A stretch of DNA of 64,000 bases from assembly GCA_003971905.1 (NCBI GenBank), contig RSEE01000008.1:62001-126000 (forward strand). Reading direction: 5' to 3'. A model generated the notes under the pieces. The model had not been told where the DNA came from. It saw only the letters and a list, made by a program, of their open reading frames with translations, and did not search any database. The position numbers and the translations under genes are program-made. Of this stretch, positions 35,742 through 46,830 are shown in pieces (within the stretch, counting starts at the first letter, position 1; each line of letters begins with the position of its first letter). The DNA comes from Moniliella sp. 'wahieum'. Lineage: Eukaryota.

Positions 35742-37934
35742 GGTGGGTTAAGGCGAGGAGGGGAGGGGGTAGTGGGGAAGAACAAGAGAGACGAGCTCGG
35801 CGGTGGAGTGCAGGGACGTTGGGGGGGATGACGGGCACAGGTGCAGAGGTGCAGGTGATGGAGGCCGTTTGTCCCACGGCCCAGGGAGGCGCCAGGCGTT
35901 CAGGCTGAACCGTTAGCGTTAGGGGGCCGGCCGAGGCAGCACGGTTCACGGCACGGCGTCAGTGCTTGGCCGCGGCAAACACCTGTGGGGGTTCGGAGTG
36001 TAGTCGGGCGCTGGGCTGCGAGCGCCAAGGGCACTGCGACACACTGCCGGCTGGGCCATGTTGGGCGCCGAGCGCTGGCGAGCGTGTGGTGGCGGGGGAG
36101 GCAACACTGCCCGCGTGGCCCATGCGCCGGTTCAGCTCTGCCGCACCACGCCGCACTCGCCGCACTCGCCGCATCCGCCGCACCACGTCGCCCCCCGCCA
36201 CACCCCCCCTGCATGCAATGACTAGTGCTGCTAGTGCTGGTGAGTGACTGCGTCGATGAGAGATTTGAAAGTGGACTGCGGATGCTGGCCCTGTGCCCGC
36301 TGCCCGTTCCGCGATCCTCGGTGCTCGTTGGCTGGGCGCTGCGGTTGGTACTTGCTCTACCGAGTATGCAGCCGCCGTTCTGGGTCTGACGCGTGACGCG
36401 CGACGTACTGCCCTGTCTAGTACCTGTTTCTGCGATAGCTGCGATAGGACGAGAACAGCCGTGCTGGCTGCGCTACTGGCTTGCCTCGAAGAAGCACTAC
36501 ACGCCGCACACGGCAGACGAAGGGCTCTGGCCAACAGCGCAACCCTAGGATTTCAATTACCAGGCACTAGCTTAGTTCCCTTTTTGGACGCTTTAGTCAC
36601 TCTGCCACCCCATGGCGTTGCTCCGCATTCGACCGGTTTTTGCCCGGCGAACTACTAGCCTGCGAAGCGACCAGGATCAACTCGGGACTGGTGCCGAATC
36701 AATTAATCACCAGATCTCAGACGCTCAGTCATGGCCTCTTCAGCACCTCAGCCTCAGGCCTCAGTAGGGCCTCACACACCCACAGCCCGGCGCCTCAGGG
36801 CCCCAGCGTTGAGTTCGCCATGATGCATGACGCCATGCTCGAGCTAAGAATTCAATCCGAGTCGTCCGACGTCAGCGCGTCAGATCTCAGAGCTTCAGCG
36901 CCAGCTGAACGCCCGAAGCTCAAATGGTTCTCTCGCAGTGTAACGCAACCCACGTCTTATCAATCTTATCAGTGGATCGTTGATCGAATAGGCGCATGCA
37001 TAATCGGTGATCGCGTTCAAGACACCCCTACCATGTGCGGCCAAGTGCGCTGACCCCGACATTGAGTCCAGGGAAAGAGGAGGATTCGCGGTGCCTTTCT
37101 TTCCTTTTATTACACGTGGGAGTGGCCAATGGGCATGGTATCTCCACCTGTCCCTCTCATGAGCTTAATAACGGAGTCACATTAATCAGGCCTCGGCTGG
37201 GTCCTCGCGCCCGTCAAGCGCCAAAAGCCCCAATGAATGGTAACATCGAACGTGCCACATTCTGGCATCCTTGCCTTACTGGTGGCACGTTTGCCCAAGT
37301 CTCAGCCTCCACCTTTACAGTCTCGCAACCATCTTTGGCATCTTCTGGGGCATGCGATGCATCCCGGACGATGATTCTCACACCGTGATGAGAGTTAAAC
37401 CCATTTTTTCGTTGCCGACCGCCTCATCACGTTTATCTAGACCTTTTACGTTTCCCACCAAGTATTTACCAGCTCCCACAATCGTGACCCTTCTGCCCTC
37501 CATGTGCACCAACCCCAGCTTGACAACAGCATGATGGCTGTGATGGAGAGCGGCGAGAGCAAGGACGAACATAAGTCCGCCACTCCAGACCATCCTTGGA
37601 AAGGGTTCGGTACCTAACCCTCATCTTTTCCCATGAACGGTGATGCTCTGCAGCCTCGCCCTGCTATCCCACTTCCGTGGTTTCCTTTCTCACTTGATGT
37701 TGTTCTCTTGGTTGGCACGACTTTCCGAGAATAAGGCCTATACAGATCAACCCACGAAGTACTCCCCTTCTATTCGTCTTTCCGCATGCCAAATATCCCC
37801 TCGGGGGTAATCGATTATGCACGACGAACATCAGGACGAGGTTTCATGCCCATTTTGCACTGCCCATGAGGCTTGCTTAGAGGGCATGAACTGCCAGCGT
37901 CTGAGAAGTGGTCCACTAGGCAAGGATAAGCGAG

Positions 37935-38877
37935 TCAGGACAATGGGTAGGAAGTAGCCACGACAAAACGAGGGGGGGGGTTAGTACGTACCACTCGGTC
38001 CGGTAGGAGATGGACAAAGTCAACTAGGTGGCCTGGTGCAATCGCAAGGTACTCCGGTCCGCCAGGTGCAGAAAACTTTCCTGTGGTAGACACTGCCAAG
38101 TCGTCCAGGTCGGGACCACGGTGCATCTCCACTTTGCGTGCACTCGCCGGATCCTCAAAGGTGATGATGCGGCTTTCGAGCTGGGGGTAGATGCGGTGGG
38201 TGCTTTCGTGGTCAAGGCCGCACGCCAGGGTGATCTTGGGTTCTTGGTCTACTTTGGTCGCGCGCTGGGGTCCTTCAAGGTAGGTGGAGTGCGCCAAGCC
38301 TGTGACCCCAGCCTGGTCGGGCAGAGGGGTGAAGAGGTGGTTGACAAACGCGGCGTTAAATAGGGCCGGGTGGCCTGTAAGACCATCACCCTGGCCAGGC
38401 AAATGACGAACGCGGAAAAGGGTCTTGAGCGTAGCGTCCGTATCGGAGACGATGACCAACAGTTCGAGCAGTACGTGCCACGGGTACGCAGCGTGCCAAC
38501 GCGGATCGCTGCGCGAGTCGAAGCTCATGCCCAATTGCACCTCGCCCGCAGCTGCGTCGCACTCATGCGGCAGCTCGGCCAACTCAAACGTGCTCGTCCG
38601 TGCAAGACCATGCACAGGCAGCGAGGCAAGTTGCTCCCGTGTCTCCTGCGGCGCGTCCATCAGTGCCTGAACATTGGGGTTCGCGGCATCCCCCCAGACA
38701 GGAAAGATGAGCCCCAGACCACCACGGATGGGTTGGGAGCCATCTAAGGTGGCCGTGTCAGGGGTAAAGAGCTGTTCTTGGCCGTCGCGGACCCATGACA
38801 GTAGTACCCCCGAGGGTATGGATCTTGATGGCCGAGCGGCCTTGGTTGGTGGCGACTTCGATGATTTCTTGGGTCAT
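37935..38877 (-). CDS. Glucose-6-phosphate 1-epimerase (YMR099C / aldose-epimerase-like) family protein, catalytic motifs degenerate
   Basis: IKIHTLGGT/LLSWVRDGQEQLF, ATLDGSQPIRGGLGLIFPVWG, LPVHGLARTS, YLAIAPGHLVDFVHL (cf. CIEPGHV.DFI.L); frameshift near 38800. Confidence 0.75.
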
Positions 38878-39749
38878 GGTAGTGTTTGCACCTATTGTGA
38901 GAGGCCGTGAGGGATGGGCGCTGAGCAGTGGGAAGAGGAGAGAGAGGCGGTGGTGGAACGGTGGAGAGCATGCGTCTCTTCCTTTAGCATCTCGACCGCC
39001 CCAGCTGAGGCACCACTCAATGCCTCAATGCCTCTGCGCCTCGGGCCTCAGCGCCTCAGCATGGATGTTGTGATGGGGACGCTGGTGTGTTGTGCGCGGT
39101 GCTGAATCAATTAATCAACGTTCAACACAACACGGCCCACCGCGCCTGTTTCTCTCGGGCCTTTCCGCCCGCCCGGGCCAGGGCAGCGCAGGGCGGGGTT
39201 AAACGTTAAACATTAATTAACCCAAGCGAAGGATTAATGAGAAATTATTTTCATGTCATGCTGCACGCCGGGCTAAAGCTCCCTGACATATCTGCGTCAT
39301 TGGGGCTCTAGGGCTGTGCCTCCGTGGAGTGTGCGATTGGACAGAAGGCTTTGGAAAACAAATGAGACGGACGCTCGCGTTCTCGCTCTCTTCACCTTCT
39401 TCTCGTCTTATCCGCCCAAGACTCCGCCGGTCTTCCTTCCATGCTTTTTGCCAGCGGTTAACGCTAGTGGCGTCTAGCTTCAAGCTTCAAGCTTCAAGTG
39501 AAGCTTCACCCCTCAAAGGATCCGTTCCATTTTTTCTCTTTTTTAGTTGTTGGTGCCAGCCTTGTTGGGGGCCCTGCGCTTTAGGCCACCTATTACAACA
39601 AACGATCAATGTTCACAACGTACTGCAACGAGGACGTTGCTGACGCCTTGAAGCTTGAAGCTCAGCCTGAGCCCTCAGCCTGAGGCGACTTGAGCAAAAT
39701 TATGCATACAGAGACATCAAAAAAGTAGCGCGACTGAGAACCAAAAAAG

Positions 39750-39844
39750 TGACTTCGCCCGGGATCGAACCGAGGACCTTATCCGTTAACATGGGCACTA
39801 GGCCAGTGTTAAGGATACGTGATAACCACCTACACCACGATGCC
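39750..39844 (-). tRNA. tRNA-Val(AAC) with 21-nt intron
   Basis: Same exons as the other two copies except one D-loop T>G; intron CTGGCCTAGTGCCCATGTTAA; T6 terminator. Confidence 0.95.
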
Positions 39845-41151
39845 TTGTGAAAGGGTGGAATGTGGTGTGCAAAATGGGGTACAGTCTACACTCTCCTGCT
39901 GTTCTCTGATGCCAAGATTCGGACCTTGCCTTTTGTGCTCTTGGCGCCTCGTCCATCCTTTTGGAGGGATATGGAATAGACCAAGACATCCATCCCCTTC
40001 ACCAGTCACCTTTGTCCTTCCCCGTACCCAGTCTCCCACCCTATATATACCCTAGCATCGAGCATCCCTGTCTGTATCCGTAGCATCGAGCCCAGCCAAT
40101 CGGGGGGAGAACAACTGTACTATTTACTGCCGTGGGTCGAACACGGGAAGGAGAGGTGAAACTATGGTGTAGTGCCAGAGACACCGTATCTAAAGTGCGA
40201 ATGCTGCTTCGTCTCGGGTGGAAGTAACTAATGCGCGGGACTTAGTGAACAACGCTGTGGTGCATTTGTGCTGGCTGCTATATAACAACTCGGACAACCT
40301 GGACATGTCGGGGGCGCGGGCCGGCGTTCGGCCGCCGGGGAAGGCGCCCGCAGGAGGACCGGGTGTCATGGGCGAGCCCGGATCCGGCGAGGGGGCGGGA
40401 GGCCGCCAGAGTGGCTGAGGTGGTGTTTGACTTATTTATACGGGAAATACCGAGGCGGGTGTGGCGTCAAGATAGCTGTGATGGGGTGTGGGAGAAGCCT
40501 CTCTTGTCACCATGATGAGGCGAGCAAGGCAGGGGTCAGAATGGTGGGGGTGCAATCATGGGGGAGGCAGCCCGGAGGCGCAACGAAGGAGCGAACAGAG
40601 GCGGATCGGAGCCACCTCGCACAATGCTCCCAACAACCGTTACGCGTTACTCTCATGCAGGCACATGCCCTGCGTGTTTGGTTTCCGGCGGGCGGCGGGT
40701 GCAGAGGCTGCCCCAGTGGTGGATTCGACGTGACGCGTGACGTGTGACATGTGAGGCAAGACAATCCATGTCTCAGGATTTAAAAACTTGCTGCCGGCCA
40801 CCCACGACGCTCGCCCAGCGGCAGTGTGGTGATCCAAGTTAGTTAACGTGGGGGGAAGCGACGGGGGCAGTGTTGCAGCGGTGGTCGGGCAGGCGCACAA
40901 ACAGTGGCGGTGCTGGCTAGGATTGGAGGCCAGATGCAGCGGCCAGCGACCAGCCTGACTCCCGCTCCCACCGCGCCGTCCCTTCCCCCTCCTTAAAAGA
41001 CCAGATCAGTGTAGGCACTACTTGCACTTTGACCAACACCACCACCACCACTTCCAGCTGCAAGAGCATTTTCCCTGCCTTTCAACCAGGGCATCGCACG
41101 CCTACAAGGCCACCTCCCCCCCCATCAAGAACGATCAACTATCGAGCCATC

Positions 41152-42274
41152 ATGGTGCCTGCCCACGGCCGCACAGGCCTTCGTCAAATCCCCTACGTCC
41201 CCATGGGAGACGACACCGGCCCCCACAACAGCAACGTGCGCTACATCCCCCAACATCGCCGCCTTGGCCAGGGTGGATTCGGCACAGTCTCGCTGGCCAA
41301 GCGCTCATCCGACCAGGCTCTGGTTGCGATAAGTGTCATCCTCTGCACTGCGAGCTCAAGCCTAGCAACATCCTTCTGGACCATCAGCGGATGCGACTCA
41401 AGCTCGCTGACTTTGGTATGAGCCTCGCGTGCCCGCGCGACTCCCCCGGCGCCACGTGGATCGGTGGCACAGATTGCTACCTTGCCCCGGAGCTGGTCGA
41501 TCCTCCGGCCTGGTCCACCAGGCTTGCATCCACGGAAACGGACATGTACGCAATTGGATGCATTGCGTACGAAATGTGCACCCTCTCCCGCTTGATTTAT
41601 CCCGGGCCCGATGGCCGACCACGGCGTGCCGAGCCGATCTTGCCCCAAGTGTACCCACCCTGGCTGGGCCAGGTGGCGCAGTACCAAGTGAAAACGCAGC
41701 CAAGCGAACGTCCCCCCACGCGCCAGATCTTGGCGCTGGACGTGATGGCTGCAGAGGCACAGCAACCGGCTCTCGCCGAGGCCAAGGCCGATGCTGAAGA
41801 CCGCATTGCCCACCTGGAGCAAATGAGCCGTCACCACCAGACAATTATGCCCCCGCCCACGACCCCGAAGGTACCGGCCGAGCTAGAAATGAACGAGCAC
41901 GCACTTCTTTCCTTGCCCGCCGACGGGTCTAGCAGCGATGACTGCGACCGCGCCTATGACGATGAGTCACTCACGAGCCTCCTGCTCGAGCTTGCGAAGT
42001 ACATCAAGGCGAATGACAAAGTACAGAAGCAGCTCGAGGCGCTGGACGAAGTGGAGGAGGAAATGGGAGCCGCTTTGCAGGCGGCCGTCTTCCACGACGC
42101 CTTGGGGATGAATGGATCCAAAGGATTCGGGCCAAGTTGGACAACGAACGGGCCCAGGCCCAGGAGGCGCTTTGGATGGAGCAGGTGCTCGGCGATATGT
42201 CCCGCCGACTTGATTGGATCGAAGATAATGTGCTGCAGCAGGAATTTGCCCTTCTTGACGCCAACTATACTTAG
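41152..42274 (+). pseudogene. NIMA/NEK-like kinase paralog 2 with internal deletion
   Basis: MVPAHGRTGLRQIPYVPMGDDTGP...RRLGQGGFGTVSLAKRSSDQALVAI is joined at ~41332 directly to HCELKPSNILLD..MRLKLADFGMS..GGTDCYLAPE..TDMYAIGCIAYEMCTL; clearly paralogous to 2829-4392, including the C-terminal coiled coil. Confidence 0.82.
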
Positions 42275-42924
42275 ACATCCTTCGTCCATTCCTTCCTACT
42301 ATCATATTCTCCATCCCATGATTCAGGTTGGGCTTGGGCTTGTATTATCATATCGGAAAACGAAACATCATGTGCTTTTCTGGCTTCGATGATTGAAATC
42401 TGCATCCCTTTTTTGTGACCCCCACCATGGTGTTCTTCCTATACGTAGCTGTCCCCATATGATGTAGTGGAAAGGGTGAAGGTTTGCAGGTAGTACTCCG
42501 CTATCACTCCGCGCCACTTGATGATCGAGGGTTGAGTGTGACTTGTGGTACGTGTACTACGCCACCAAACACAACACACGATTGCGTGGGTAGAACAGCA
42601 CTGATGGGTATTAGGCAGAGGAGCAGGCGACTATAACTCGAGATCATCGAAGTACAAGGTTCGTGCCCACTCGTCCTGAATGACCTCGCACGGTGTAGGC
42701 GCTTACACCAACCTGGTCTATAAGAAAAAGGGCATCAGGACAGAAAAGATGGGAAACAAAGTGATTGCGGATGCGGGTAAAAAGCGGACACAGATGGTGA
42801 GCACAGAACTTGAAAAAAAAGGGATGTATAGGGGGTAGTGGGTGTGGATGTGGGTGTGGGTGTGGGTGTGGGTGTGGGTGGATCCGCACAGCGTGCATCG
42901 CACAGTGGGGAGGGATCACGCCAA

Positions 42925-45900
42925 TTAATAAGGCGGACGGAGATGGGAAGGGTCGTGGTACGGGCCGGGGGGTACTGTTGGTACCCATGCATCGAGGGGG
43001 CAGCGGAGGGGGGAAGAGAAGGTGCACCGTCGGGCGCAAATGTACTGGGAGCGTAGGTGCGGTCGGCGGGGTAGGCGGATGGTTCATGGCCAGGTTGGAT
43101 TGCGTAAGAAGTGGGGTCGGCCTGGGTGTAGGTACCTTCGTAGTAGGTAGAGGGATCGGGGTACCGTGGCAGCGTGGTGTCCGAGTGCAACGAGCTGGTG
43201 CTCGCTCCGCCCGGTCCAATTGGGGGCCGAAGGGTGCCCACAGCACTGGGCGCGCGGGGAGGGTAGGTCATCGGGGCCGGGCTGGCGGTGCGCGAGCCAT
43301 ATAACAAGTCCAGTTGCGAGACCATCCCCGCTTTCTCGGGATCGTACGTGTCGGCCAGGGTACTTGATCCGCCCTTTGAGTCCCCACGGGCCATGGAGAG
43401 AGCCATGCCAGAATCAGGGTAGAGCAACCTTTCCTTAGATTCGCCCCATGCCCCTTGTCCCACGGCCGTGTGGGTGGGAGCATGCACATTGCCCATCTCG
43501 TACTCCTCTGTCGGGACACCGGGGCCGCCAGCAAGGTACTTGGTGTACTGCTGTTGGAACTGGTCTTGGTAGTACCCGGCGCCCAAGGGCGACGGTCCGG
43601 TGGGCTGGCGCGATGGTCCGAGAGCGGTAGAAAGTGTAGTGGACGACATGATGGAACGAGTGTCGTCGTCCTTTTGCGGGTCGTACTCCAACTGGTCCTC
43701 CTCCACAAACGCAATCTTGATCCCGCCACCAATGGCAGCTGTCTCGACTTTGCGTCCATCGACCATGGCCATTTTCGTCTCGTCCAGCCGTCCATGGTAC
43801 ACTTGCGAAAGCAGGTCTTGCATCCGAGCGTGTACCATGGGCGTCCAGAGTTTTCCCGTCAAGTAAGGGTGACCAAAACGACGTTCGAGACGGTGATGCC
43901 GCTGGTCGCCCTTGTGCACCCGCACTTGAGCCGCCTCCTCGGTATCGGGGATATACCACTCAAACTTGCGTTCAAAAGCTCGGCGGATGTAGATTTTGAA
44001 ATGAGGACAAACAAAATAGGAGGCAGACAAGCTACTGCGCGGTAACCCGTCTTGATGTCTTCCAGCAGAACGGCCAAGACGAGGATGACTTGCATGAACA
44101 GCACATTGATCAAAAACCGATTGGAGGCAGCCGGCCAGAGAGCGCCACCGGCCTCATGCTTGGTTTGGTTGACGTACATGAGCTGGTACTTGTTGGCGAC
44201 GCTGTACGTCCAGCACACAATGGCGCCCAGCACCACGATCAGCGGCGAAAGCGTCGCATATACCATCGCCACCGCACCGACAAAGAGGACGTTGGCATAG
44301 TAGTTGCTGTATTCAAAAAAGGGTGGTTCCGTTAGCTCCCGCACGTCGCGGGGAGTCTTGCTAAACAGGCCTTTATGCAGCCACACAAACATGAGCTTGA
44401 TGACTTGAGCCAGATCGAGAAAGACGAGCATGACTTTCAGGGGCATCCAGGTCAGCCAGTAGTTGCCCAACATAAAGTACTGCTGTTTGATTGTCTGGGG
44501 CAGTTGCATCCTGTCCATAATCACCTTGAACTTGACCGACTTTTGTACCGAGGAGACAATCAGCGCAATCAAGTTGATGACCACTCCAATCAGGGTAAAG
44601 ACGATGAGCTGGGAAATGACGAGGTAGCCATAGTACTGCCCCAAAATCACCCGATCCGTCTTGATTTTGGACGTAATGCCGCGGTACTTGGCCAAACGGC
44701 GCATAGAAATGGGCAGCAGCCACCCGGCCACGGCTGAGATCAACGGGGGCAGGATACCGGCGACAGCAGCAAAGGACAGGTGGCTAGAGGTGTACCAGGT
44801 ATGAAGGAAAGGAATCAAGGCATGGTGTGCCGTCGTGTCGTCTGTCGTCTGACCCGACCCGCTGCCCGTCCACTGCACATGGTCACTGGCAAAGAGACTC
44901 ATGTTGGAGATCAAGTTAACCCCGGTCAAGGGAACTGCGTTGACGAACAAGAGAACGGTAAGCAACACGAATCCCAGTGCACTAGATCGGAAACGTTGCC
45001 ACGAGTCCAGTGTCAAGTTGCGCCAGATGATCGCGTTGGGGGGAGGGGCGAGCTGAATTTTGAGACCATGAGGGCGCTTATGCCTCAAACTGCGCGCAGC
45101 GGCATGCGCATAATGCACAGCCCCGGTACTGGCAAACCCGTAGCCGATCGGCCGCTTTTCTGTAATGCGTTGGCGCCATTCTTGAATCGAGCTCTCGACC
45201 TGCTCGATCTGTTCCGAGTAGTAATCGATCGCGTCGACCTTACGACCGCCCATACCGAGGAACCCGCCTAGGCGGGCGGTTGGCCGTCGAGTGCGAACTG
45301 TGGTGGGGGTGCGAAGGTACCAGACCAAAGCACGCTCCAGCTTCCGCACCAGAATCTTGTGCCTGTCGATCAGGTCTGGAAGGAGCCCCATGTCGCGTCC
45401 GATAAAGACTTCGGTGGTGGGATAGGGCATCTTTAGGCGCTGCAACACTCCGTATAAAGCCTCGTCGGACCGCATCGAGGATTGAACATGGGTAATGAGG
45501 AGAGTACGGGCGTACAAGGCGTCTTGGTATTCAGGCGATCGGAACCAGTCCCATCGCAAGCGCAACATGTGACGCCAGTTGAACCACAAAAAGACCATGG
45601 CAACCAATGTTCCAAAGTAGCTCATCACCACATGCGCCCACAAATCACTGCCATGCACGTCGCGCATGGTAATCATGAAGAGAAAGTTGTGTTGATTGTC
45701 GTCAGAAGAATTGCTGCTGGAGTCACGATCATCCACATTGAACATCACGTCAATGGGGATGAGCACGGCGCACATAACGAGACCAATGACAGTCAGGCAC
45801 CAGCGCATCATGCGGACAAAGCGGAGGTAAGCGACGGCGTCCAGCCCAATGATCGGAAGCAGGTCCTTCTCCTTCATCCTCCACAGGGGGGCAGCCAGCC

Positions 45901-46236
45901 AAAGGGGTTCCTGCCCATGGCTGGGCAGGCAGGTCGGCCGTCGGCGTATTTGAGTTTGGGTTCGTACACTATTCGGTTGCTGGGGCGCATGAACTGGAAA
46001 AGAAGCAGCATGACTGCGGCTGCAGCGGCATAGGTGGCGACGGCAATGCCAACCTGGGGGGCACTGATGGAGGACTGGGAGTTCTGGGGGGGGAAGGTAC
46101 GTCAGCGCGGCAGAGCGTCAGCATGTGGAGGGCAGGTGGGGATGAAGCGTACCAAGGCACAGATGATGATGGCACCCAGCTGCTTGAGGTTGCCTGAGAC
46201 CTCCTGGCAGGAGCCGGGCTGGTTCGAGGTAGACAT
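42925..46236 (-). CDS. CSC1/OSCA/TMEM63 (Rsn1-like) calcium-permeable stress-gated channel
   Basis: RPSNRIVYEPKLKY, GLDAVAYLRF, YQDALYARTLLIT, KVDAIDYY, GYGFAS, LAPPPNAIIWRNL, PRDVRELTEPPFFEYSNYYAN, KYQLMYV..TKHEAGGALW, RFGHPYLT; 5' intron and frameshifts. Confidence 0.9.
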
Positions 46237-46734
46237 GGTTCTGGAGGAGGGAGAGTGTGGGGGCGGGATGGTCAAATGGGCATGGCGTGGGGGCGTGCCC
46301 ACGAGCTAGCGAGAGGGAGTGGGGGCGGAGTGCGCTGGGTGGTGACGGCGGTGGTGGTGGGAGTAGGACAGAGGAGTAGGTGTGAGATGGGAGTAGCAGA
46401 TGCAGGAGTAGGAGCAGGAGCAGGAGCAGGAGCAGGAGCTCTGATCCAGCTGATCCACCGGTTCCTTTGGGGTCTCCACCACCGCCCCCCTTGGGTCTGG
46501 CCAGTCAAAAGGTGCAAAACCAGCTCGGATGTGCCGCGCGGTGCGGTGTGCGGAGCATGCAGCACGGGGGCTCTGTCGTGTCACGTGGCCATCCCATCAA
46601 CCAGCGATCGCCACTGTCACCTGTCACAGATGCCATGCCACACCAGCACCAGCAGCACGGCGCCAGTAACCCTTCCACCGGTCCCCTGCTATTGGCCGCC
46701 GGGCCGGCCAAGGCTGCCGCAGCCACACTGCCAG

Positions 46735-46830
46735 TCACTAGCACTAGTCACTAGTCATCGATCATTGCGTGACTCTCGTCACGCGCGTCACGGTCACATG
46801 CCACGTGTCACATGCCACACATGTCACAGC
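46735..46830. repeat. Mixed 7-bp TCA-N4 array (CTAG, TCGA, CGCG, CATG spacers)
   Basis: TCA CTAG TCA TCGA TCA ... TCA CATG CCA CGTG TCA CATG CCA. Confidence 0.8.

Noticed and set aside
39846..40450. Possible LTR remnant starting TG immediately 5' of tRNA copy 3
   Set aside because: No matching inverted 3' end or TSD found.
42837..42880. (GGGTGT)n as interstitial telomere repeat
   Set aside because: Not the TTAGGG fungal telomere unit; a simple microsatellite in a 3' flank, like the many other hexamer repeats here.
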